The position numbers and the translations under genes are program-made. The notes under the pieces are model-generated. The model ran no database searches. It saw only the letters and a list, made by a program, of their open reading frames with translations, and had not been told where the DNA came from. Shown piece by piece: positions 40,921-51,066 of a stretch of DNA of 64,000 bases. Source of the DNA: Octopus sinensis (Eukaryota); NCBI RefSeq assembly GCF_006345805.1, contig NC_043010.1:23436001-23500000 (forward strand). Reading direction: 5' to 3'. The number at the start of each line of letters is the position of its first letter. Position 1 is the first letter of the stretch.

Positions 40921-41522
40921 ATATACATACATAGATATATACATACATGCATACATACAAGCATACAAGCATACATGCATACATACACACATTCCTCCAT
41001 CCATTCATACATACATACATACACATGTCCAGACATACAAACTTACATACATACACACACGTCCATCCATCCATACATATATACATACATACACGGAATG
41101 CATATATGCATATAGTTATATATACTTTTCTGTGTTTACATATTTTTTTATGTGTGGACAGTTGAATAGTTGTGTTAATTGCACGTGAACGGAGGCAATC
41201 TAAAACTAAATTCGTATTTAAAATAAATAGATTTTTAAATTTAATAACTAATACATTACATTTCTATGTAGTGCTGTATCTATGTGTTTGTGTGTGTTTG
41301 TTAGTATATCTGCGTATTTGTGTGTATATCTGTTCTCTCTACATGTGTGTGTGTGTGTGTGTGTATGTTTGCGTGTATGCACGTGTGTATATATGTACGT
41401 ATGTATCTGTGTGTTGCATATAATACTAGTAAACTAATCAACGGTAAAGCTGTAAAAAAACAAAGGATTATGCATCTTTAATTTCTCGACAGCATTTAAC
41501 TATGGAAGCCATACATTCATAT

Positions 41523-41555
<33 letters not shown>

Positions 41556-41574
41556 GTTTGTATGAATGTATATG

Positions 41575-41643
<69 letters not shown>

Positions 41644-41739
41644 ATATATATATACTTATATATATATGTATATATATATACATATATGTATATGTATATA
41701 TATATACATATATGTATATGTATATTTTTTCTCTTTTTT

Positions 41740-43676
41740 CCCCGTCTGTCTTGATAGACAATGGGTCGCGCCAAGGGTGGGGCCTACTTTGATGATGAGC
41801 AGCGTCTGCTGAGACTGAACAGTCCAATTCTAGAGTGGCAGTCCCTGGTACAGTTGCTGCACACGAACATCGATGGGTACGTGTGGGGTGTTGCTGCAGT
41901 TGTCCTCCTCCTGTCCCGCCTGTCCGACCACAGCTGTGCTCTCCTTTCCTCAGCCATGGAAATGCCTTTCCTCACTGTCCGACGCCAGGCAGAGCGGTCA
42001 GCAGCTGTTACCTCCCACGTGTCCACACAGATATTGGCAGTCCTCAGGTCGCGCTTGCACACATCCCTGTATCGTAGCTGTGGACGTCCCTTGGGTCGGG
42101 ATCCCGTGGTGAGTTCGCTGTACAGGATGTCTTTAGGCATGCGACCGTCCTGCATGCGGCAGACGTGTCCGAACCAGCGCAGTCGTCTCCGCACGAGGAG
42201 GGCATGCATGCTTGGCATATTAGTCTGTTCTAGGATGACTCCGTTTGGTACTCGGTCCTTCCAGGAGATGCCAAGGATCCGTCGAAGACACCGCATGTGG
42301 AAGCCGCTGAGGCGGCATTCTTGCCGGGTGTATGTTGTCCAGCTCTCGCTGCCGTAGAATAGGGTGCTCAGCACGCAGGCTCGGTACACTGCGATCTTGG
42401 TGGTTATTGTGAGCATGTTGTTTTCCCACACTCTCCTGGAGAGCTTAGCCATGGCAGCAGCAGCCTTCCCAATCCGTCTGTTCAGCTCCGGCTCGAGGGA
42501 CAGGCTGCTGGAGACCGTCGATTCCAGGTAAGTGAACTCGTTCACCACCTGCAAGCTGTGGTCGCCGACACTGGTGCTGGGGACCCCTCCGACGTCCTGG
42601 CCCATGATCTCTGTCTTTTTAAGGCTGATGGTAAGGCCGAACTCTTGGCAGGCATCCGCCAGGGAGCTGACCAGCCTTTGGAGACCCGGCTGGTTATGTG
42701 ATGTTAGTGCGGCATCGTCAGCAAAGAGGATCTCTCTGATCAGCACCTGACGGACTTTGGTCTTAGCTCTGAGGCGCGCAAGATTGAACAATCCACCATC
42801 AGCCCTGGTGTGGAGGAACACTCCGTCGTCGGACGTTCTGAAGGCATAGGACAGGACAAGGGAGAGGAAAATTCCGAAGAGCGTCGGCGCCAGAACGCAA
42901 CCCTGTTTCACTCCACTCTGGATGGGGAACGACTCCGAGGGCGATCCGTCAAACTGCACTGTTCCCTGCATACCGTCGTGAAAGGAGGTGATGAGTTTCA
43001 GCAGTCTGGGAGGGCAACCTATCCTACCCAGGAGCGCAAACAGCCCCTCCCTGCTGACTGAGTCGAACGCCTTAGCTAGGTCGATGAAGGCCACGTATAG
43101 GGGCTGTCTCTGTTCTCGACTCTTTTCTTGAAGCTGCCTGAGTGAGAAGATCATGTCGATTGTAGACCTCTCTGACCTAAAGCCAGACTGAGACTCGGAG
43201 TACACTCGCTCTGCAAGCATTTGCAACCTCTTCAGGACCACCCTGGCAAATGCCTTGCCGACAGTGCTGAGCAGTGATATGCCCCTGTAATTATTACAGT
43301 CGCTTCTGTCCCCTTTGTTTTTATACAGTGTGATGATGTTTGCGTCACGCATATCCTTAGGGACAGAGCCCTCCTCCCAGCACTGACAGAGCAGCTCGTG
43401 GAGATGGCCCAGAAGGGCTGGCTTCCTGCACTGGATGACTTCTGCGGGGATGCCGTCTTGCCCTGGTGCCTTGCCCCGAGCGAGTGAGTCAATTGCTTTG
43501 CTTAGTTCTTCCTTTGTTGGAGGCAGGTCAAGCTCCTCCATGACAGGCAGAGCAGGAATGCCGGCGAGGGCAGACCTGGTGACCACATTCTCAGTGGAGT
43601 AGAGGTTCTGGTAATGCTCGACCCACCTCTCCATCTGCTTCGCTTGGTCCTTGATGACCTCGCCATCCCTGGACTA
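41740..43676 (-). mobile_element. RTE (BovB-like) LINE, 5'-truncated
   Basis: Intact RT ORF plus short 3' UTR CCATTGTCTATCAAGACAGACGG; GC about 55-60% by eye. Confidence 0.93.
41784..43634 (-). CDS. RTE reverse transcriptase domain, 616 aa, no stops (lacks endonuclease)
   Basis: [62 protein letters not shown]-terminal CSNC...C. Confidence 0.9.
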   Translation of the reverse strand: MERWVEHYQNLYSTENVVTRSALAGIPALPVMEELDLPPTKEELSKAIDSLARGKAPGQDGIPAEVIQCRKPALLGHLHELLCQCWEEGSVPKDMRDANIITLYKNKGDRSDCNNYRGISLLSTVGKAFARVVLKRLQMLAERVYSESQSGFRSERSTIDMIFSLRQLQEKSREQRQPLYVAFIDLAKAFDSVSREGLFALLGRIGCPPRLLKLITSFHDGMQGTVQFDGSPSESFPIQSGVKQGCVLAPTLFGIFLSLVLSYAFRTSDDGVFLHTRADGGLFNLARLRAKTKVRQVLIREILFADDAALTSHNQPGLQRLVSSLADACQEFGLTISLKKTEIMGQDVGGVPSTSVGDHSLQVVNEFTYLESTVSSSLSLEPELNRRIGKAAAAMAKLSRRVWENNMLTITTKIAVYRACVLSTLFYGSESWTTYTRQECRLSGFHMRCLRRILGISWKDRVPNGVILEQTNMPSMHALLVRRRLRWFGHVCRMQDGRMPKDILYSELTTGSRPKGRPQLRYRDVCKRDLRTANICVDTWEVTAADRSAWRRTVRKGISMAEERRAQLWSDRRDRRRTTAATPHTYPSMFVCSNCTRDCHSRIGLFSLSRRCSSSK

Positions 43677-44212
43677 CCGTATGATAACTAAATATTTAAT
43701 AATATTATTGAGTCATTATTGTTTAAGATACGATGAATCTGCGGTCACATGATTATGTCCGACTTTTAAAAGATGGTATTTTGTGATCCGAGGGAACTTT
43801 GAAAATTGAGTAGAAACTCGGTTTTTGAACAACTTTGATTACGAATAAATCGTATTTATCTCCTGTCTTTCTCATATTCATTTAATACAGTAGTACCTCA
43901 GTTTACGAACGCCTCTGATCATGAATAAATCGTGCTTTATATATATATATAATTATTATTTGAGGGAATAAAATCCAAACCTACAAGTAAAAAAATTCAA
44001 TTTAGAAATACTAAATCAGGTTTCGCACAATATAATATATATATAAAAAATTAGAAAAAAAAAACACCTTTTATCAATTCAAAATGAACAATTAAATTAC
44101 ACCATCTAGAAAATTACATATAATAGAAATATTAAAATTAAAATAACGATAACATGTTAATGATGAAGTAACTTGCAAAACATAATAGTAAAAACGTATA
44201 TAATAGGTAGAA

Positions 44213-44301
44213 TAACGACATGTGTTTCGTGGCTATATTTAAGAAATGATTATAGTAGTAGAGAAATCACTTCGATATAAATATAGTCACTTCTCAGGTT
44301 A
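44213..44301 (-). ncRNA. Hammerhead ribozyme, mutated copy (left arm)
   Basis: TAAC-CTGAGAA-long stem II-GAAA-CACATG-TC-GTTA; core and stem III palindrome each altered relative to the right arm. Confidence 0.55.
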
Positions 44302-44730
44302 AAAATAAACTAGAACAATAAAATAATTAATTAATAAATAAATATATATATATATGTGTGTAAATACTAAATGTACATAAGTGAAAAATAAAATAATACT
44401 TAAATTATTAAATACTTTAAAATTAAATAAAATACACAAAGCTAATACAAGCCATTAAATTGTAATCAAAATAAGAAATGGATCAAATATAGACAAACTC
44501 CTTAAATAAGCTAACCATACAATATACATGTGTATTATCTATAGATTTAATATTACAATCTATAACAAAGTTGACTAAACATCAAATAATATAATACCTA
44601 ATTAACTTAAAATTTAATATTACAAATACATAAGCCACCTAATAATAAAATAATATATTGCCTGACGAAATTAATTCTTAAATTAAATTAAATGTAATAC
44701 GATATATCCCTTTATATTTATATATATATA

Positions 44731-44773
<43 letters not shown>

Positions 44774-45974
44774 AATATATATATATATATATGTATTTAA
44801 AAAAAGAAAGAAAAGAGAGAGATATAAGAATTAATATCTATTGTAACTTATATCTATCAATATATAAAAAGATATAATAGCGAGAATAATATGTTAATGG
44901 AAAGTAAGAAAACCTATTAACTTCAAAATTAAAGAAAGGTACAAAAATATTAGAACCAAAGATCAATATACTATAAAGATGTACAATCACAATCAGCCGT
45001 CCTCTACAAAACCAGTCAATAACAATAACAATAACAACAACGATCAAGCTCAAAATAATAACCAGATCTAATATTGATAAACAAACTAAATTACTAAGTT
45101 CAACGATTATGGTAATCTATCTGTATTTTAGATGTTTTAGCGTCTAATTAATATACTCAATACTATTTTTATTAATTTTATTTGATTCATGAAGTCTAGA
45201 TAATTCCCGTATTTCATAAATAAATTCCTTTTAGCCTTTTTCATTAATAGTTTTTATTCTATTTTTCCACGCAACGTCTCAACGAGTTTTATTTCTTATA
45301 GACGCTAAGAACTATTCTTTACGTTTATAATCTAGCGATATCTTCTCAACTAACTTAGCAACGTTCTTTTCTCCTTTTCGTTTGGATTTTGTATTATTTT
45401 GGGATTAATGTTTTAATTTTGTTATTGATATATTAATAGGTGCCTGTTAGTTTTAGTTGGGTATCTTCATATTAGTTTTTCCATAAGTTGTGCTTTTTTC
45501 TCACATTTCTTTAGCTCATGAGGCTTTAATAGTTTTCGTTTTTTCGTATTTTTCATTGATAAAAAAATTTTTCCACTTTCATTGAGTATTTATTCTATTT
45601 CGTTGCACTACGTCTCCACGCGATAAATTTTATAAACGCCTTAATTATTTTACTTTAAAAATCAGTTACTCTTTCACTTCGAAAAGCTATGTTTGACTTT
45701 TTATCGTTTCTCTATTTCATCTGAATTTTGAATCGTTGTGCGTTTGAAATTATTATTATTGTTGATATAATTATTGTTGATGTATTATTATTATTATTAT
45801 TTATTTATAGTTTCTTGATAGTATTTTTTACGTTCGATGTTGAATATGTTTTCCTTTAATTGTTTTAAAAGATTTTAACGTTTTACATATTTAATTTGAG
45901 AATTATATTGTTAAACTATATTTCTTTTAATAATTAGATAATATTTTCATTAAATAGTATTATTTTTAAATAAA

Positions 45975-46300
45975 GGCGCAGGAGTGGCTGTGTGGTAAGT
46001 AGCTTGTTTACCAGCCACATGGTTCCGGGTTCAGTCTCACGGCGTGGCACCTTGGGCAAGTGTCTTCTACTATATGCGTGTGTGTGTTTGTGTGTATGTG
46101 TTTGTCCCCCTAGCATTGCTTGACAACCGATGCTGGTGTGTTTATGTCCCCGTTACTTAGCGGTTCGGCAAAAGAGACCGATAGAATGAGTACTGGGATT
46201 ACAAAAGAAGAAGTCCCGGGGTCGAGTTGCTCGATTAAAGGCGGTGCTCCAGCATGGCCGCAGTCAAATGACTGAAACAAGTAAAAGAGTAAAAGAGTAA
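45975..46300 (+). mobile_element. SINE family A, full well-preserved copy inside the IR spacer
   Basis: GGCGCAGGAGTGGCTGTGTGGTAAG, GGTTCAGTC, CACCTTGGGCAAGTGTCTTCT (CORE-like), tail (GTAAAAGA)n. Confidence 0.92.
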
Positions 46301-46803
46301 ACTAGTTTATATTTTAATATAAAGTTTATGTTTAACTTTTTTAGCGTGTGATATATTAAATCTATAGATATTATACATGGATATTAATATAACTAGTTTA
46401 TATAATGGATTTGAGTATATTTGTACTATTTAAAATTTTTTATTGTATTATTCATAATTAGACGCTAAAACATATTAATACATTTAAAATACAGATAGAT
46501 TACCATAATCGTTGAACTTAGTAATTTAGTTTCTTTATCAATATTAGTTAGATCTGGTTATTATTTTGAGTTTGATCGTTGTTATTATTGACTGGTTTTG
46601 TAGAGGACGGCTGATTGTGATTGTACATCTTTATAGTGTATTGTTCTTTGGTTCTAATATTTTTGTACCTTTCTTTAATTTTGGGGTTGATAGGTTTTCT
46701 TACTTTCTATTAACATATTATTCTCGCTACTATATATTTTTATATATTGATAGATATAAGTTACGATAGATATTAATTCTTATATCTCTCTCTTTTCTTT
46801 CTT

Positions 46804-46834
<31 letters not shown>

Positions 46835-47151
46835 AGGGATCTGACGTATTACATTTAATTTAATTTAAGAATTAATTTCATCAGACAATATATTATTTGA
46901 TATTTAGTCAACTTTGTTATAGATTGTAATATTAAATCTATAGATACTACACATGTATATTGTATGGTTAGCTTATTTAAGGAGTTTGTCTATATTTGAA
47001 CCATTTCTTATTTTGATTACAATTTAATGACTTGTATTAGCTTTGTGTATTTTATTTAATTTTAAAGTATTTAATAATTTAAGTATTATTTTATTTTTCA
47101 CTTATGTATACATATATATATATATTATATATATATATATTATATATATTA

Positions 47152-47196
<45 letters not shown>

Positions 47197-47239
47197 GTAT
47201 ATTTATTAATTAATTATTTTATTGTTCTAGTTTATTTTA

Positions 47240-47326
47240 AACCTGATGAGTGACTATATTTATATCGAAGTGATTTCTGTACTACTATAATCATTTTTTA
47301 AATATAGCCACGAAACACGTGTCGTT
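47240..47326 (+). ncRNA. Type I hammerhead ribozyme with long stem II (right arm)
   Basis: AAC-CTGATGA-GTGACTATATTTA...TAAATATAGCCAC-GAAA-CACGTG-TC-GTT; 12/13 bp stem II base, palindrome ACACGTGT, GUC site, stem I only 3 bp here (4 bp in the left arm). Confidence 0.72.
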
Positions 47327-47487
47327 ATTCTACCTATTATATACGTTTTTATTATTATGTTTTGCAAGTTACTTAATCATTGACATTTTATTGTTATTTT
47401 AATTTTAATATTTCTATTATATGTAATTTTCTAGATGGTGTAATTTAATTGTCCATTTTGAATTGATAAAAGGTGTTTTTTTCCTTC

Positions 47488-47560
<73 letters not shown>

Positions 47561-49469
47561 GTGTGTATGTGTGTGTATGTATGTGTGTATGTATGTGTGG
47601 ATGTATATATATATAAAGCATGATCTCTGCGCGATTAGATTTGTTCGAAATCAGAGTTGCTACTATATTTATAGATGGCCGAGCTACCGCATAAGTATTC
47701 TCTCATTGTTTAAATTAATGCACATTGAGTAATCAAAAATGGCTGTTAATTAGGAGACTAAAATTTACAGTAGAAAATGGTAGATTGACTTATACACCAG
47801 ACGACCTTGCAGAACCCAAACCCCTATGTGGCTTACACGTGGATTCTGAAAAATAGTAACGATGTTTGAATGATTCCGCTACATGCGGATCGCAATTGGT
47901 TCTGATTAATAAGTGAAAATATTATAGAATCAAATAATGAGTTTGTGGTGATTCTCAAAGTCGCAATTTCTGATAAATAATAAATAAAGGAACTATGTAT
48001 CAGCGAGCGTCACTTAGTTTAACTTTTTTGATATATTACAAGATTTGTTATCGTATACTACATGATATTTTAGGATATACCACACCGAAAGGGATTACCG
48101 GTTGTTTGAATAAAAAGAAAAATTATAGCATTTGTGGATCGGTGGAAAGTTCACGTTGAATATTTGTGGACTTGTGCCGAAGTCAGAAGTTCAGTTCTTA
48201 GAAATGTTTGCATTGATGATATTCAACTGCTCGACTTGCTGGTATGATTTACAAAGATCAAGCTATACCCTGTAATATAAAGAATAGCAGACACAAAGAC
48301 GAGATGAAATATAATGATAATATTCTGTCTCCCACTAAGAAGAACCCAGTCCCCGCGTTCTTCTCCTACAAGTATTAAATTTACCAGAACAAAAAAGTCT
48401 AAACTTATTTATTCTAAATAAGCAATTTCAAATCAATCATCGTTATACGAAATAACTTAAAATTAAGCAACACCTGTCACCACAATGAACAATCTAATCA
48501 CAACTAATCCAGCTAAAACAGCTGAGATAACTTCCTCATGCTGTGATAACAATTAATGCACACTGAATCAGTAGTACAGTGCTGAAGCACTTATTTATGG
48601 AGCAGACACCTACTCTTCCGATTCCAAAGATTATGTTGGTATGATGGGAAATAGATACATAGAAAGATATTTCAACTTTTACTTTTTGCTAGAATATATT
48701 ATGGGCATTACAGGAAAACAGTACTGTTTATGACAAAAATTGAAGATCTTTGAAAAATATAAACCATAGAGAAATTGATCTATTTGTTGATTATGGTGGG
48801 CAAGGAAAAATCTCATTGCCCTCAACAGATCTGTTAGCTGCTTAAATTTCAGTTCGAGATTTTCTGATAAGTATAGATATTTCGCGAAATATTTACTAAA
48901 ACTTTGCAAATATTTTTTTTCTACACTAGGATCTCAAGCCCAAAATTTTAATCGGTCCCGAAAATGCTGTCAGTGCAGGTAATGATCTTGACGTGCCGTT
49001 GTAACCCTCAGTCGGCACAATCATCTGTGCTGTTTGTGGCATTGTATCATTCCCTCAGCCACTCAATTGTCCGAATCCTGCAGTTCAATTCATTAGTAAT
49101 GACCCACGGACGTTGATCAGTATGGCGACGTCCGTGATTTCATGTCAGTCTTGGCATGCTTGCTGCATTCGGGAAACGAACGACAGGCTGGCATATCTGG
49201 ATGCCCTTTATACCCAACGAGTCAACGTTTTAACTCCGCATCATGCCTTTCATAAAGATGCATTTGCGAGCATTACCATGTTCACGAAAAGTGAGCGAGT
49301 TCGAACCCTACATGCAACCGTTGTGTTTTCAGAAGAGATCGAGGTGTGGGTCAGTGATATCTTCCTGATATCAAACTGCCTAGAAATGTGATAAAATCCA
49401 TACAGTCACAATATCGTTTGTGAAACAAATAATCTTTTACAGTACGACGTTTCTTTTGTGGTTCAGTAC

Positions 49470-49511
<42 letters not shown>

Positions 49512-49672
49512 CGTATTTTTGCCATTTCAATATGGCTAACCCCTAAGGGTGGATGCTACTGTAGTTTTTAGCCCCAGGAGGACACACTCCTCCAGCTGGC
49601 CATAGACACACTATCTGTGTCCTGTCAGTATTTGCAAAGGGAAGTCATCCTTCCCGTCTTCAACTTATGATA

Positions 49673-49717
49673 CACACGGACTCGAGTTTCGAGGTATTGA
49701 CCTCTCGTCAGCGTGTG
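49673..49717 (-). ncRNA. Type I hammerhead ribozyme, intact
   Basis: Reverse complement of 50417-50461. Confidence 0.9.
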
Positions 49718-50023
49718 ACAATCATAGTTGTCGCCGAGAATTAGATTTCCTTCACAAATACTTATACTTTTTCCAGTGTCCACTGTCGCTGATATTGAAA
49801 AAGTGAAATCAAACAATGATAAATATCAAAGTGAGTTATATACAGTAGCGGTAACACATCGTGACGTATTTTTGCCATTTCAATATGGCTAACCCCTAAG
49901 GGTGGATGCTACTGTAGTTTTTAGCCCCAGGAGGACACACTCCTCCAGCTGGCCATAGACACACTATCTGTCCTGTCAGTATTTGCAAAGGGAAGTCATC
50001 CTTCCCGTCTTCAACTTATGATA

Positions 50024-50068
50024 CACACGGACTCGAGTTTCGAGGTATTGACCTCTTGTCAGCGTGTG
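50024..50068 (-). ncRNA. Type I hammerhead ribozyme, core mutant (CUGACAA, G8A)
   Basis: C>T at 50057 on the plus strand (CpG transition). Confidence 0.85.
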
Positions 50069-50416
50069 ACAATCATAGTTGTCGCCGAGAATTAGATTTC
50101 CTTCACAAATACTTATACTTTTTCCAGCGTCCACTGTCGCTGATATTGAAAAAGTGAAATCAAACAATGATAAATATCAAAGTGAGTTATATACAGTAGC
50201 GGTAACACATCGTGACGTATTTTTGCCATTTCAATATGGCTAACCCCTAAGGGTGGATGCTACTGTAGTTTTTAGCCCCAGGAGGACACTGTATATAACT
50301 CACTTTGATATTTATCATTGTTTGATTTCACTTTTTCAATATCAGCGACAGTGGACGCTGGAAAAAGTATAAGTATTTGTGAAGGAAATCTAATTCTCGG
50401 CGACAACTATGATTGT

Positions 50417-50461
50417 CACACGCTGACGAGAGGTCAATACCTCGAAACTCGAGTCCGTGTG
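50417..50461 (+). ncRNA. Type I hammerhead ribozyme, intact
   Basis: CACACG-CTGACGA-GAGGT[CAAT]ACCTC-GAAA-CTCGAG-TC-CGTGTG; predicted cleavage after C50455; stem I extends TATGAT/ATCATA and CAAC/GTTG (50404-50473). Confidence 0.92.
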
Positions 50462-50769
50462 TATCATAAGTTGAAGACGGGAAGGATGACTTCCCTTTGC
50501 AAATACTGACAGGACACAGATAGTGTGTCTATGGCCAGCTGGAGGAGTGTGTCCTCCTGGGGCTAAAAACTACAGTAGCATCCACCCTTAGGGGTTAGCC
50601 ATATTGAAATGACAAAAATACGTCACGATGTGTTACCGCTACTGTATATAACTCACTTTGATATTTATCATTGTTTGATCTCACTTTTTCAATATCAGCG
50701 ACAGTGGACGCTGGAAAAAGTATAAGTATTTGTGAAGGAAATCTAATTCTCGGCGACAACTATGATTGT

Positions 50770-50814
50770 CACACGCTGACGAGAGGTCAATACCTCGAAA
50801 CTCGAGTCCGTGTG
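50770..50814 (+). ncRNA. Type I hammerhead ribozyme, intact
   Basis: Identical to 50417-50461; predicted cleavage after C50808, 353 nt from the previous site. Confidence 0.92.
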
Positions 50815-51022
50815 TATCATAAGTTGAAGACGGGAAGGATGACTTCCCTTTGCAAATACTGACAGGACACAGATAGTGTGTCTATGGCCAGCTGGAGGAG
50901 TGTGTCCTCCTGGGGCTAAAAACTACAGTAGCATCCACCCTTAGGGGTTAGCCATATTGAAATGGCAAAAATACGTCACGATGTGTTACCGCTACTGTAT
51001 ATAACTCACTTTGATATTTATC

Positions 51023-51066
<44 letters not shown>

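Larger units (their letters stand above)
44045..47494. repeat. Large inverted repeat: ~1.1-kb arms (44045-45160 and 46411-47494) around a ~1.25-kb spacer; inverted Penelope-type pLTR pair
   Basis: Arms are reverse-complementary over their length apart from indels and microsatellite length; (TA)n outside both ends; one HHR per arm. Confidence 0.85.
49508..51025. mobile_element. Retrozyme-like array: 353-bp monomers, ~2.2 units (49508-50289) then ~2.1 inverted units (50288-51025)
   Basis: Unit starts at 49508, 49861, 50212; one HHR per unit; units differ by only a few bases; (TA)n on both flanks. Confidence 0.88.

Noticed and set aside
43888-43910. TA-CAGTAGTACCTCAGTTTACGAAC (Tigger-like TIR) and AAAGGGTTA at ~40564 (piggyBac-like end)
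   Set aside because: Single short ends with no partner TIR in the window; too little to support a feature.
44655-44700. CTGACGA/CTGATGA in both IR arms (also CTGACGA at ~732 and CTGATGA at ~8725 minus)
   Set aside because: No GAAA at the required position, or no stem I.
45975-46050. tRNA-like sequences at SINE heads
   Set aside because: A and B boxes are present, but there is no complete cloverleaf and they run directly into SINE bodies.
49625-50862. Four repeated 63-aa ORFs (MFDFTFSISAT...)
   Set aside because: TTG/GTG-type short ORFs that simply recur with the repeat unit; no recognisable domain. The HHR explains the unit better.
49508-51025. CRISPR-like or plain satellite interpretation of the array
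   Set aside because: No unique spacers, 353-bp units, eukaryotic context; the embedded ribozyme argues against an inert satellite.
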